Shown one piece after another: positions 9,606 to 19,954 of a stretch of 64,000 bases of DNA (positions are counted from its first letter, which is position 1; each line of letters starts with the position of its first letter). This DNA is from an archaeon CG10_big_fil_rev_8_21_14_0_10_43_11 (GTDB taxonomy: Archaea; Nanobdellota; Nanobdellia; PEZQ01): contig PEZQ01000003.1 in the NCBI GenBank assembly GCA_002763265.1, positions 19,761 through 83,760 of the forward strand, written 5' to 3'. The notes below the pieces were generated by a model, which made no database searches, was not told the origin of the DNA, and saw only the letters and a program-made list of their open reading frames with translations. Both the position numbers and the translations under genes were made by a program.

Positions 9606-10949
9606 ATGGACAAGAAAAAAGCAATTCTTATCATGCTTTTTATTGCAAACCTGGTTCTTATCAGCAGCGTTTGGTACTATCAAAACACGCACTTTCGAGA
9701 CCCTGAACACACCATTGATGGCCACACGTTTATCGCGCTTGGCAGAATATTAGGACTCGTTGGCGCGTATCTTATTCTTTGCCAGTTCCTGCTTATTGGT
9801 CGCGTTGCATGGATTGAACGCGTGTTTGGTATGGATAATCTCTCACGCTACCATCACTACAATGGACTTGTTGGCTTCCTTTTTATTGTGTTTCACGTGT
9901 TTTTTATCGTGCTTGGATACTCGCTTAGCTCAAACACGCCATTTATCGAGCAATACTTTGTAATTCTCCAGTCACATATCATGTTTGTCATGGCAAGTAT
10001 TGCATTTTTCATGCTTGCGTTTCTCATCTTGTTTGCGCTCTCAATGGTGTATCTCAAACTCAACTATGAGCTCTGGTACCTCACGCACTTGTTCGTGTAC
10101 GCGGTTGTTGCACTTTCATTTTTCCACCAAGTCATAGGCGGTGCGGATTTTGTTCGTAATAACGCATTTCTTGGCTACTGGCTCGTTCTCTACACCTTTG
10201 TTTTTGTTAACTTTATTGCGTTCCGTTTCATAAAACCCATACGTCAATTCTTCTATCAGGATTATCGCGTTGAAAAACTTGTCAGAGAAACTGAAGATGT
10301 TACTTCAGTTTATATTACGGGAAAACATCTTGAAAAACTCAACACGCGCGCAGGACAATTCTTTATTTTCAGATTTCTCAGCAGAGATTTTTTCTGGCAA
10401 GCACACCCCTTCTCGCTTTCGCTTGCGCCAAACAACAAACACCTCCGTATTAGCATGAAATCACTTGGAGACTTTACAAACGCGGTTCCAAAAAAGCTCA
10501 AACCAGGAACGCGCGTGTTCATTGAAGGACCGCTTGGAAAGTTCACTCAGGAGCGTTCACGTCACGATGAGGTCACGCTTATTGCAGGAGGCATTGGCAT
10601 AACCCCGCTTCGCGCGCTTGCTGAAGCATTTGCAAAACAAAAAAAGAACGTGCAACTCATTTATGGCAATCAGACAAGCACGAATGTCGCGCTCAAACAT
10701 GAGCTTGACGCGCTTGCAAAAGAATACGAAAACTTTTCATGGACGCTTGTAGTCAGTGATGAACCCCACTACAAAGGCGAAAAAGGCTATATTGACACAC
10801 GGTTGCTTGCAAAACACGTTTTAAAACCTGCAAAAAAAGATTATTACGTGTGCGGACCAACTCCTATGATGAAAAGCGTTCGCACATGCCTCAAACAATT
10901 AGGAGTTAAGCGCGGAAATATTCACATTGAAAAATTTTCACTTGCTTAA
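9606..10949 (+). CDS. Ferric-reductase-like membrane domain fused to FAD/NAD-binding oxidoreductase
   Basis: TM helices with His pairs, then HPFS, EGPLG, AGGIGITP, YVCGP and terminal EKF. Confidence 0.9.
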   Translation: MDKKKAILIMLFIANLVLISSVWYYQNTHFRDPEHTIDGHTFIALGRILGLVGAYLILCQFLLIGRVAWIERVFGMDNLSRYHHYNGLVGFLFIVFHVFFIVLGYSLSSNTPFIEQYFVILQSHIMFVMASIAFFMLAFLILFALSMVYLKLNYELWYLTHLFVYAVVALSFFHQVIGGADFVRNNAFLGYWLVLYTFVFVNFIAFRFIKPIRQFFYQDYRVEKLVRETEDVTSVYITGKHLEKLNTRAGQFFIFRFLSRDFFWQAHPFSLSLAPNNKHLRISMKSLGDFTNAVPKKLKPGTRVFIEGPLGKFTQERSRHDEVTLIAGGIGITPLRALAEAFAKQKKNVQLIYGNQTSTNVALKHELDALAKEYENFSWTLVVSDEPHYKGEKGYIDTRLLAKHVLKPAKKDYYVCGPTPMMKSVRTCLKQLGVKRGNIHIEKFSLA

Positions 10950-11249
10950 AAAATCCCGCCAAATCTGGCTTGTTTGAGGACCAACAGAGTCCTTGTATTT
11001 TCCCTTGTAGAGCGTTATGTCCCCTTGCGGTTTCCAAAACAACATTTGACCAACCTTCATGCCCGCATACACGCGCAAGGGATGGATGGTATGAAGCTCA
11101 AGGGTCCACTGGCGCTTAAATCCGATATCCCCCCCTCCTGAGTTAAGATAGATGTACAAACCCAATCTGCCTACACTGCTTCGCGCCTGCAGAGTTGGCG
11201 CATACCAATCTGAACCCATTTTGACTAATTCCCTTTCCTTGCATGTCAC
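10938..11249 (-). pseudogene. dcd: dCTP deaminase, C-terminal fragment
   Basis: ARSSVGRLG, DIGF...WTLE, GMKVGQ and YKGKY present. The N-terminal part is absent and there is no room for it before the divergent HAD gene. Confidence 0.75.
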
Positions 11250-11378
11250 TATACACCTATAGTTTTACCCTATTAGAACTGGTATGCACAAAAAAGTGAA
11301 ACAATAGTTTCATTTGCCAGAAAAAATACTCATTTTATTTCCTAAGACTATAAATAGCATAACTGCCCTTTTTATGCA

Positions 11379-12056
11379 ATGCATAGACTTGCATTATTTG
11401 ATATAGACCAAACCTTGTTGCAATGCTCAGCACACCACGCTGACGCATTTTCCTTTGCATTTAAAACCGTGTACAACATTGAAACAAACATTAACACGAT
11501 TTCTTCTCATGGCATGACTGACCAGCAAATCATTATTGAAGTGCTCACTAAAAAGGGTCTTTGCCTTGATGAGATTACGCAAAAACTTGGCGCGTGCATG
11601 GATGCTATGTCCTCCTATTTTGAATCGCTACAAGACGAGCTTACTGTGGTTTCTATGCCTGGTTCTCGTGACCTGCTTGATATGCTTGTTTCTCACGCGT
11701 TTGACCGGGGTCTTGTTACGGGAAATCTTGAACGTATAGCTCATACAAAACTTGAGCGTGCAGGCATGCGCGCGTATTTTAAAGCGGGCGGATTTGGCAG
11801 TGATGGGCTGCTGCGAGAAAACCTGATAAGAATTGCACTTGCGCGACTCAAAAAAACGTATGATGCAACCTTCTTGTTTGGCGACACGCCAAGTGACATT
11901 GCTGCTGCAAACCATGCAGGCGTTATAAGCATTGGCGTTGCTACTGGTGATTATTCAGTGAAGGATTTGCGCGAAGCAGGAGCTGTTTATGTTGTTAAAA
12001 ATCTTGTAAACACGCGCCAGATTCTAAACCTTCTTCTTTCTCACAATAACCCTTAA
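11379..12056 (+). CDS. HAD-superfamily hydrolase
   Basis: FDIDQT motif I, VTGN motif II, GDTPSD motif IV. Confidence 0.92.
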   Translation: MHRLALFDIDQTLLQCSAHHADAFSFAFKTVYNIETNINTISSHGMTDQQIIIEVLTKKGLCLDEITQKLGACMDAMSSYFESLQDELTVVSMPGSRDLLDMLVSHAFDRGLVTGNLERIAHTKLERAGMRAYFKAGGFGSDGLLRENLIRIALARLKKTYDATFLFGDTPSDIAAANHAGVISIGVATGDYSVKDLREAGAVYVVKNLVNTRQILNLLLSHNNP

Positions 12057-12084
12057 ATCAACTGAGATTGTTTTACACCGGTGT

Positions 12085-12513
12085 ATGGAGCTTAAAATTT
12101 TTCGCGAAGATAAAACACTTCCCCTCCCCCAATATCAAACCTCTGGCAGCTCTGGTTTTGATTTGCACTCAGCAGAAGAGATAACAATCAAGCCAGGAGA
12201 ATTTAGAGGGGTATGTACGGGAATGCGTTTTGCCATCCCGCACGGTTTTGAAGGACAAGTCAGGCCACGAAGCGGTCTTGCACTCAAAAAAGGCATCAGT
12301 GTTGTAAATACGCCGGGTACGCTTGATTCAGACTATCGCGGGTTGCTTTATGTTATTCTTATCAATCATGGTAAGGACAATTTTTTCATTAAAAAAGGAG
12401 ACCGCATTGCGCAAATGGTCATAAACAAAGTTGAATTTCCACGACTCGTTGATGCAAAATCACTAGACACCACTGAACGCGGCGAAGGCGGTTTTGGAAG
12501 CACAGGTACCTAA
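12085..12513 (+). CDS. dut: dUTPase (trimeric)
   Basis: SGFDL, RPRSG, GTLDSDYRG, GDRIAQ, RGEGGFGSTG. Confidence 0.97.
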   Translation: MELKIFREDKTLPLPQYQTSGSSGFDLHSAEEITIKPGEFRGVCTGMRFAIPHGFEGQVRPRSGLALKKGISVVNTPGTLDSDYRGLLYVILINHGKDNFFIKKGDRIAQMVINKVEFPRLVDAKSLDTTERGEGGFGSTGT

Positions 12514-12595
12514 ACGGTGCGTACTTTGCGATTTTTTTTAGTTTACTGTTACTCGTACAGTACCTTTTTATTTCATAACTTTTGTATTAGATTAT

Positions 12596-12919
12596 ATGGG
12601 TATTATTATCGGAGGACTCAGCTTCTTTATCGGCTTGCTGTTACTTACCATACTCATACTCTTATTGCTTGTGCAAGCAATTGGCGCGCAAAAACCTGGC
12701 GCGCTTCTTGTAGTCCTCTTGCTTGTCAGCAGCGCAGTTTTGCTTGTTTACGCTGGTGTCCGTGCGCAAACCAGTGAAGAACAATCAGTTACATTCAACT
12801 TCCCTTTTAACATGAGCATCACACTCCCTCTTCTTGAACGTGAGTCTGTGGCAAATGAAACAAACGTATCTCTTGAGCAGAATGGCACTCAAGAAAATAC
12901 AACCCTACCCCAATCATAG
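12596..12919 (+). CDS. Hypothetical membrane protein
   Basis: Two hydrophobic helices and a tail rich in N-x-S/T sequons. Confidence 0.65.
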   Translation: MGIIIGGLSFFIGLLLLTILILLLLVQAIGAQKPGALLVVLLLVSSAVLLVYAGVRAQTSEEQSVTFNFPFNMSITLPLLERESVANETNVSLEQNGTQENTTLPQS

Positions 12920-12953
12920 TTAGGCATACAAAAAAAGGACTCTCAACATCTTC

Positions 12954-13520
12954 TTATACAACTACGCGTTCAATAATCTCTTTTAGCGCGTTTACATCAC
13001 TTTCTGAACGGGAACTCATTCCAATCTTCATGTATTTGCACGCAACAAGAACTGTTGGATAGCTTTGCGTTGGATTAAACGCTTCAAACACTGCTTGCCT
13101 GTTCTTGCTCATAGAACCCATGTATAACGTTTCAACCGCGACTTTGTCTAAAACTGTGCTAAGCGCGTCTTCAACTACGTGAAGTGCGTTTTGCGTCCAA
13201 GTATGGTCTTGTTTGCCAAATATCATAACAAGCGGTTTTCCACTCTTCAAGCACAACTGTTGGTCGCTCTCAACATATCCTTGCACGCTTGTTCCAGAAT
13301 ACAGCACTTGGGCAGGTACGGCAATGCTTTGTTCATCCTGCTGCAAACCGGTCTCGTCTGCAAATTGGAATGAATCAGCAATGCGTGGCAAATTAATCAA
13401 GACAAGCAAGCCAATGGCAAGCACAATCAAAAGAAGCCATCGATTATCCCAGCTATGTCGTGCCAGATGCTTTGTAACGCGCTTACTTTTTTGAACAACC
13501 CTTCCCACTTTTTTGCGCAT
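12954..13520 (-). CDS. Membrane-anchored thioredoxin-fold-like protein without CxxC
   Basis: One TM, then GKPLVMIFG, a cis-Pro-like SYPT and CKY. Confidence 0.6.
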   Translation of the reverse strand: MRKKVGRVVQKSKRVTKHLARHSWDNRWLLLIVLAIGLLVLINLPRIADSFQFADETGLQQDEQSIAVPAQVLYSGTSVQGYVESDQQLCLKSGKPLVMIFGKQDHTWTQNALHVVEDALSTVLDKVAVETLYMGSMSKNRQAVFEAFNPTQSYPTVLVACKYMKIGMSSRSESDVNALKEIIERVVV

Positions 13521-13553
13521 ATTATTACCTATACAATCAAGAGCATATAAATA

Positions 13554-13763
13554 TTATTCAACACGCACCCGTTTTTTGTGACTGGTAAAACCTGAAACAA
13601 TGCTGACTGGTTTCTTGAAAAAATCGCGCAATACGCGCACAAGCTCCTCATTTGCTCTGCCTTTTTGTGCTTGTTTTGTCAGCCAGACTTCAAGTGTGCG
13701 TTCATCAACGCTTTGCACGCGCACTTCTTTTTTCCCGGGTTTTACCCGTACTTCGAATATCAT
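13554..13763 (-). CDS. DUF167 (YggU) family protein
   Basis: VRVKPG, GRANEEL, IVSG.TSHKK. Confidence 0.9.
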   Translation of the reverse strand: MIFEVRVKPGKKEVRVQSVDERTLEVWLTKQAQKGRANEELVRVLRDFFKKPVSIVSGFTSHKKRVRVE

Positions 13764-14310
13764 ACAAACTTAGTTCTGCGCCAATTACACCACCAATGCA
13801 GAAGGTGATAATAACATACGCAGCATACACGGTTGGCTTTGTTGCAACAAATGCGAAAGCAGCGATAACTCCCCCCGCAACAATGGCAATAAGATAACGG
13901 AGCGCACCTTCACGGACAAGAACCCCCTGCAACAGGAGGTAGGCTAATCCTACAAAAAGCAGGGCTGCATATTCAGTGGTGTTTACAAATTGCATGAGCC
14001 ACAAAGCCATCACGAGCAGGTATATGTTAAGAAGCGATTGCGTAGCTTTTGCCCGTAGATTTGAAAGAATAAAACCCAATCCCACTCCGCCAAAAAAGGA
14101 GAGTGCAAGCGAGAGCGCTGACCGGTCAAGGGTTTGCTGGACAACAAGCACTACGAGAACAAGCAGAATGCCAAGACGCGCATACTTAAGATAGGTTTCA
14201 TATTCTTTAACTTCAACGTGAAGTCGTTTGCTCATAACCCATCCAACGCTAAACGCAATAAGTGCGAGGACAACTCCCCAAAAACGTATCATAGATTCAC
14301 CATTCTTCAA
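13705..14310 (-). CDS. Hypothetical membrane protein
   Basis: About 6-7 TM segments. The 3' end overlaps DUF167 by 59 nt. Confidence 0.65.
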   Translation of the reverse strand: MKNGESMIRFWGVVLALIAFSVGWVMSKRLHVEVKEYETYLKYARLGILLVLVVLVVQQTLDRSALSLALSFFGGVGLGFILSNLRAKATQSLLNIYLLVMALWLMQFVNTTEYAALLFVGLAYLLLQGVLVREGALRYLIAIVAGGVIAAFAFVATKPTVYAAYVIITFCIGGVIGAELSLYDIRSTGKTREKRSARAKR

Positions 14311-14710
14311 TAATCTTGTCTACCGCGTTCTTTGTTGCCTTTCGATCAACAATAACACACGCCCGCTTCAGGTTGCGGCTAATCATGAAAATGTCGTCAA
14401 GCACGCTATCAAGAGTCATGGCAAGCGAGTTTTCGCGCAGCATGAACTTGTCACGAGAATTTCTAATCCATCCAAGATCCATGAATTCATCAAGGATTTG
14501 AGATGTTTTTTTCATATTTAGATTGAGCTCACCTGAAAGTTCTTGCAGTGTTACGCCCTTTCCATATTTTGACTTCACGAATAAGGTGATAAACAGCTTG
14601 ATGCTATCACTATCAGTTATTCCAAGACTGTTGCAGAGAAACGTGAGAATAGGGCGAATCTCTTGGCTTTCGGGGTAGCGAAGATTTCGCAAATACAACT
14701 TTTCCAACAT
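14297..14710 (-). CDS. Winged-HTH putative transcriptional regulator
   Basis: VTLQELSGELNLN...ILDEFMDLGWI HTH-wing pattern. Confidence 0.7.
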   Translation of the reverse strand: MLEKLYLRNLRYPESQEIRPILTFLCNSLGITDSDSIKLFITLFVKSKYGKGVTLQELSGELNLNMKKTSQILDEFMDLGWIRNSRDKFMLRENSLAMTLDSVLDDIFMISRNLKRACVIVDRKATKNAVDKIIEEW

Positions 14711-14754
14711 TATTGTTTTTAATAGCTGTTAAGAGATAAAAACGTTGTGCAGAA

Positions 14755-15942
14755 TCATCTGCCACTCATTATTTCAATCACGTCACCTGATGCGAGTTCA
14801 TGCTCTTTTCCAATGGTTTGCTTTTTTCGAACATCAATTGCTTTGATGAATTTCTTGCCAAAGTCAGTATGCACATGATACGCAAAATCAAGTGCAGTTG
14901 AGCCTGGAGGCAGTAAATAGCAGTCAGGAAGAATGTTGCCGTGCTTGTCGCCAAGCTTGCCTGACGCGCTTCCTGGAAACACATACACATAGTTGAGCAC
15001 ATCAAATACGGTTGTATTCAAAACAGACTGAATCCCGGTTGTGCCAAACACGTTAAGCACATGTTCTTTGATGAAGGTAGTAATTGCTCTTTGTTTTTCA
15101 TCAAGCGCACCCGTCACTTCAAAATGAGCGTCTCCGGGGATGTATTTGATTTTTTCTGCTCTGTCAAGCTCTTTGAGCGCGACTTCAGCCATGCCACTGC
15201 ACGCAATAATGGTGTATTGCGGAAATGCTGTTTTCAGGCGTTCAAAACCATCTTTCCCGCTTACCACATCCATCTTATTTGCTGCAATAATGATTGGCTT
15301 TGTTTTTTTGCGAAGCACTCGCGCAAGACCTTTCAAATCCGCATCTGTCCAGTCACGCACACGTTCACTAAGCGGATGTCTTAAGAGCACGTCCTTTGCT
15401 AAGTCCTCACTCACGCCAAGGCCGCTCATTTGCTTTGCAACTGCTTTATGTACCTCCTTTGCCCCAGCACTTTTTGCAAAGGTAAGCCAACCTTTTTTAA
15501 GAATGCCAAAAAACCACATGTCCAGCTCTTCTTCAAGAAAGGTGACATCACGAACAGGGTCATGTGTTCCTGGCTGCACGCTCTCTCCCTTTTCATTTGT
15601 GCTTCCTGAAGCATCAACAACATGAATCAAAGCGTCACCTTGGCGCAAGTCATCTAAAAACTGGTTGCCCATGCCCTTGCCTTCATGCGCACCGGGAACA
15701 AGACCGGCAACATCAACTAATTCAACAGGCACGAAACGCTCTCCATCAATGCAAAAACCTTCACGCGGATTGCACGTAACATTAAAAAAGGATTCAACAC
15801 ATTTCACGCGTACATACCCTACTGCGTGGTTTGGTTTTATGGTGGTAAATGGATAATTAGCAATATCAACATCAACCATAGTTGCCGCTTTAAAGAGGGT
15901 TGATTTACCTGCTGATGGCTTTCCCACAATACCAATTTTCAT
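14755..15942 (-). CDS. ychF: YchF/OLA1 translation-associated NTPase
   Basis: GKPSAGKST, YPFTT, DVAG, NKMD and C-terminal TGS domain. Confidence 0.95.
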   Translation of the reverse strand: MKIGIVGKPSAGKSTLFKAATMVDVDIANYPFTTIKPNHAVGYVRVKCVESFFNVTCNPREGFCIDGERFVPVELVDVAGLVPGAHEGKGMGNQFLDDLRQGDALIHVVDASGSTNEKGESVQPGTHDPVRDVTFLEEELDMWFFGILKKGWLTFAKSAGAKEVHKAVAKQMSGLGVSEDLAKDVLLRHPLSERVRDWTDADLKGLARVLRKKTKPIIIAANKMDVVSGKDGFERLKTAFPQYTIIACSGMAEVALKELDRAEKIKYIPGDAHFEVTGALDEKQRAITTFIKEHVLNVFGTTGIQSVLNTTVFDVLNYVYVFPGSASGKLGDKHGNILPDCYLLPPGSTALDFAYHVHTDFGKKFIKAIDVRKKQTIGKEHELASGDVIEIMSGR

Positions 15943-16039
15943 GTCTCTTCAAACAAAAATACATGAATTCATATTTAAGCCTTTAAGTGTTGATTGCCTT
16001 TCGATTTATTTAAATAACATTTTTGCAAACAACACTCAC

Positions 16040-16714
16040 ATGGACAAAGACTCGGTGACTCGAACAATTGATACGTATGATGTAATTGCCAAGTCCTATA
16101 CGCGCGCGAATGCGTCTATTAAACCGTACCAAGAATTCTTAGACCTCTTTCTTTCACATGTGGGTGAACCTAGTTTAGGACAACAAAAACACATTCTTGA
16201 TAGTGGGTGCGGACCCGGTTTGTCTCTTGCTTACTTCTGCAAAAAAGGGTATGCTGCGTATGGATTTGACTTAAGTGAAGGCCAACTTGCACTTGCGCGA
16301 AAAAACGCACCCGATGCAAAACTCTACAAACTTGATATGCGCGATTTTTCAAAAAATGTTTCCTTCCAATTTGATGGCATTTTGAGCATGGCATCTCTGT
16401 TACACATTCCAAAAGAGCAATGTCCTCTTGTATTGAGCGAATTTAACAAAACACTCAAAGATGACGGCACGCTTGCGATTGCTCTTCGAGGCGGTAGCGG
16501 TGAATCATATGAAGAAGAAACATACACTCACTCAGGCCACGCTCGATTCTTTGCGTACTACACGATAAGCGAATTGCGCGAACTTCTAAACAAACAAGGA
16601 TTTAGAGTAACGTATGGCACCACGATTCAGGAACAAAGAAGAAACTTTCTCTGGATTAATTTACTTGCAAAAAAAGGCTTAGAAGAAACACTCAAAGACA
16701 ACGCTGAACGTTAA
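16040..16714 (+). CDS. Class I SAM-dependent methyltransferase
   Basis: ILDSGCGPG, FDLS, ASLLHIP. Start moved to ATG 16040. Confidence 0.9.
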   Translation: MDKDSVTRTIDTYDVIAKSYTRANASIKPYQEFLDLFLSHVGEPSLGQQKHILDSGCGPGLSLAYFCKKGYAAYGFDLSEGQLALARKNAPDAKLYKLDMRDFSKNVSFQFDGILSMASLLHIPKEQCPLVLSEFNKTLKDDGTLAIALRGGSGESYEEETYTHSGHARFFAYYTISELRELLNKQGFRVTYGTTIQEQRRNFLWINLLAKKGLEETLKDNAER

Positions 16715-16755
16715 GTTCTTAATTTTTATAACACGCAATTGTTCAATACCTGTTT

Positions 16756-17085
16756 GTGTTTGAACTCGAAAAAAAATTAATACTATCTGGAATGAAGCTT
16801 ATCCTGTATGATAACACAAAAATTGTTGCTCACGCATATTTGTACTTGCTTTACAATGATTTACACGCGCAGCCGTTTGGATTAATGGAAGATGTCTTTG
16901 TAGAAGAACCATATCGCGGCAAAGGTATTGGTTCAAAACTTGTTGAAGAACTTATAACTGAAGCGCGCGCGCAACATTGTTACAAACTCATTTGCACAAT
17001 TCGCCACGAAAAACCACGCGTGCACGAACTTTACAAACGATTAGGTTTTTTTGAGCAGGGTCTTGAATTTAGAATAAATTTTTGA
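16756..17085 (+). CDS. GNAT acetyltransferase
   Basis: EDVFVEEPYRGKGIG acetyl-CoA motif A and LYKRLGF. Confidence 0.9.
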   Translation: MFELEKKLILSGMKLILYDNTKIVAHAYLYLLYNDLHAQPFGLMEDVFVEEPYRGKGIGSKLVEELITEARAQHCYKLICTIRHEKPRVHELYKRLGFFEQGLEFRINF

Positions 17086-17126
17086 TAACGCTTTTATACC
17101 CCAGACGTTTTTTTTTCACAGCACGT

Positions 17127-17693
17127 ATGAGACTTGAAACATGGGATGATATGGTTTACTCACCACGAGAAGATTCCTTTGCGCTTCTTTGGCATGTTAA
17201 AGCGCTTTGCAAAGGAAACATGCTGGACATGGGTTGCGGCAGCGGCATTCTTGGCATAGGTGCTGCACTTCGCGGCTGTACGGTAACGTGCGCTGATCTC
17301 AACCCGCTCGCGCTCAGCCTTACTGAAAAAAATGCAGAACACAATAAAGTAACCATCACTACCGTGCTTTCAAACCTGTTTGAAAACATTGATGAAACCT
17401 TTGATTTCATGTCATTTAACCCACCCTACCTTCCAAATGAGCAACGAATTCGTGTTGATTTGATGGGTGGCAAGAAAGGCAATGAAATAACCATTAATTT
17501 TCTCAAACAAGCAAAAAAACATCTAAGCAAAGAAGGAGTGATACTTATCACGGTCTCATCGCTTTCACAGGCGGACGAGACGTTTGGTGCAATACGCGAA
17601 CTTGGCTATTGCTATGACCTTCTTGAAACAAAAAAGTTTGATTTTGAACGCCTCTACCTTGTCAAAATCATGCATGCTTCTTCACGTATGTAG
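17127..17693 (+). CDS. HemK2/MTQ2 family N5-glutamine methyltransferase
   Basis: VYSPREDS, LDMGCGSG, FNPPY. Start moved to ATG 17127. Confidence 0.9.
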   Translation: MRLETWDDMVYSPREDSFALLWHVKALCKGNMLDMGCGSGILGIGAALRGCTVTCADLNPLALSLTEKNAEHNKVTITTVLSNLFENIDETFDFMSFNPPYLPNEQRIRVDLMGGKKGNEITINFLKQAKKHLSKEGVILITVSSLSQADETFGAIRELGYCYDLLETKKFDFERLYLVKIMHASSRM

Positions 17694-18171
17694 CAAATGC
17701 AAATCCCTCATGCTCATCTTGTGTAATGCACTGCCATTCCTCTCCAATCCTTGGAAATCGTGCAATTTTTTCACCTTCAATTGTTTGATATACATGCGTT
17801 ATTTCAAGACGGTCTGCTAATAGCAAGGCTTCCTGGTAAATTTTTTGACCTCCAATAACAAATACCTGAGAGTAATCAATCCCGGCTGCAGGGGGCGAAT
17901 TATTTGACAAATCGTTAATCGCATCGCCTAATGAGGTGTACGCGTGTGCTCCTGCAAAGTCTGAACGCGTTTTTGAAAGCACAATATTCAAGCGATGCGG
18001 AAGCGCGCGCCCAATTGACTCATACGTGTTTTTTCCCATAATAATGGGATGATTACTTGTTAGTTGCTTAAAACGTGCAAGGTCTTGTGGGATATTCCAT
18101 GGCAGACAGTTATCCTTACCAATAACTCCATTTTCTGAAACTGCGGCAATTACAATTAATTCAAGGCTCAT
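17668..18171 (-). CDS. folA: Dihydrofolate reductase
   Basis: VIG...LPW..P.D, IIMGKNTYESIG.ALP.R, VIGG. Confidence 0.96.
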   Translation of the reverse strand: MSLELIVIAAVSENGVIGKDNCLPWNIPQDLARFKQLTSNHPIIMGKNTYESIGRALPHRLNIVLSKTRSDFAGAHAYTSLGDAINDLSNNSPPAAGIDYSQVFVIGGQKIYQEALLLADRLEITHVYQTIEGEKIARFPRIGEEWQCITQDEHEGFAFATYVKKHA

Positions 18172-19169
18172 ACGGCAATATCACGTTTTATTCGAGGATG
18201 TGACTGATACTCTTTGAGCTTTATTTTTGCTACATCATCAAAAGTTAAGTCAAACAAGCCCGTGGCAAGGTTGCTTAAATCAAGCACTGGAAGCGTGTAT
18301 GGCTCTCGTGCAAGTTGCTCAAGAATACCCGTCACATGGTCTTGCTGTAATCCCTCTTTCTCTGCAGGCGCGTTTGATTCAATAAAATCTTTTATCCCTA
18401 AATAGTCTTCTTGACTTTGAACTGCTCCAAGTTTTGTTTGGATTGTGCCAATATTCTGCTTATAAAACTCGCCATGTTCGCCTGCGCCACAATAAAAATG
18501 CGCGTTCACAAGTGTGTGCGCAAAGTGTCCAACACCCAAACCTGTTTCACGCGCAATAAGGTGAGTAAGAAGTGCGGAATGCGCAATGTTGAACGGAACC
18601 CCCAAAAACATGTCACATGAACGCTGTGTCATTGACAAACTCAGCTTGCCATCCTGCACATGGAAATTATAAAATGCATGGCATGCTGGAAGCCCAACAT
18701 CAATTCCTTGGCGAACTTGTGCAGGATTCCAATAACTAATAATGTGGCGTCTGCTTTGCGGGCTTTGCTTGATTCCTTCAACAAGATTTTTGAGCTGGTC
18801 GATTTTAATTACTTGTTTTGTTTTGAAATCAACGCCCTCATACTGTCTTAATTGCCAAGGATACGCAGCGCCCACATCCTCTCCACCAAGATCCCACGCC
18901 TTCCAAATTCCGCTATGTTTGTTAAATTCCTTAATACTTGTCTTGCCTGAAATATACCATACTAATTCGCTTACAAGTGACTTCCATAACGGCCCGTCCA
19001 TTTTCTTTGTTGTAAGAAGCGGAAAGCCTTTTTGCAGGTCAAATTTTTTGTATTTATCAGGTCGAAAGAGGGTGATAGTGTCCACGCCCGTTCTGTTTTT
19101 TGTGTACCCTCCGTGTGAGAGAATTTCTAATGAAACCGTATGATAATTTTCCATCCCAAAACATGCCAT
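18168..19169 (-). CDS. thyA: Thymidylate synthase ThyA
   Basis: NRTG, FPLLTTKK, SRR, LPACH, QRSCD...GVPFN. ATGA overlap with folA. Confidence 0.96.
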   Translation of the reverse strand: MACFGMENYHTVSLEILSHGGYTKNRTGVDTITLFRPDKYKKFDLQKGFPLLTTKKMDGPLWKSLVSELVWYISGKTSIKEFNKHSGIWKAWDLGGEDVGAAYPWQLRQYEGVDFKTKQVIKIDQLKNLVEGIKQSPQSRRHIISYWNPAQVRQGIDVGLPACHAFYNFHVQDGKLSLSMTQRSCDMFLGVPFNIAHSALLTHLIARETGLGVGHFAHTLVNAHFYCGAGEHGEFYKQNIGTIQTKLGAVQSQEDYLGIKDFIESNAPAEKEGLQQDHVTGILEQLAREPYTLPVLDLSNLATGLFDLTFDDVAKIKLKEYQSHPRIKRDIAV

Positions 19170-19385
19170 TTGCTTATCATATTTAACCGTTTTTATTTTC
19201 TCCTAATTGCAAAACATGAAATTAAAACACTATTTGTTCATTCACACATTGCCTCAAACACGCATCTAAGCTATGTGGATACATTATGGTATCAAAAACA
19301 CCAAAAGCGCTTCAAAATGGTTGGTGTCGGATATCCTGTTTCCACCAAAAGTGTTAAATAGCATGACTTTGAAGACTAGGAAGTT

Positions 19386-19901
19386 ATGGCCGTTACCTCA
19401 TTTATTTTCGATGAGAATTATCTCCCTATTGGAGCATACTACTTAGGAGAAGACGGGCTACATGAGAGCAGCCAACCAACAAACATTGATGAAAGCAAAA
19501 CCATTTTTGGTCTAAACGCTCGAAACATTGAAACTCTTGTTGAAGAAATGGGTGGAAGTTCTGTTCGAATTTTTGAAGGCCAAAAACAAGGCTACAAAGG
19601 AGCGGCAAAAGATATGAAATTCGCAATCTCAGAAATGAAGCATCTTATTGAAGGTGCAGGACTTGAACGCAGAAACATGAGTTTTTACCGACAACCTGAT
19701 GCAATGACTATGTTTTTGAAAGTGGCAATGCCTGATGGCAATCGTGGTTATGTTGCGTTTTACGCACCCCTTGGAGAAACTGAAACACCGCTTCAAATGT
19801 TTTTAATTGAAAATGAAGATGTTCAATCTTCTCAAGACATTTACACATTAGTTAAATCACATGCTGACACTGTTTTTGAAATGTTCTCGCACAAAGATTG
19901 A
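19386..19901 (+). CDS. Hypothetical protein
   Basis: 171-aa ORF with TATA-like element upstream. Confidence 0.7.
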   Translation: MAVTSFIFDENYLPIGAYYLGEDGLHESSQPTNIDESKTIFGLNARNIETLVEEMGGSSVRIFEGQKQGYKGAAKDMKFAISEMKHLIEGAGLERRNMSFYRQPDAMTMFLKVAMPDGNRGYVAFYAPLGETETPLQMFLIENEDVQSSQDIYTLVKSHADTVFEMFSHKD

Positions 19902-19954
19902 TAAGAACCAAGTAAATAAAACATTTAAATGACACAATCCCGTCTAGTTTGACT

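Noticed and set aside
13705..13763. 59-nt same-strand overlap with DUF167
   Set aside because: Probably a drifted stop codon. No slippery site or structure is evident.
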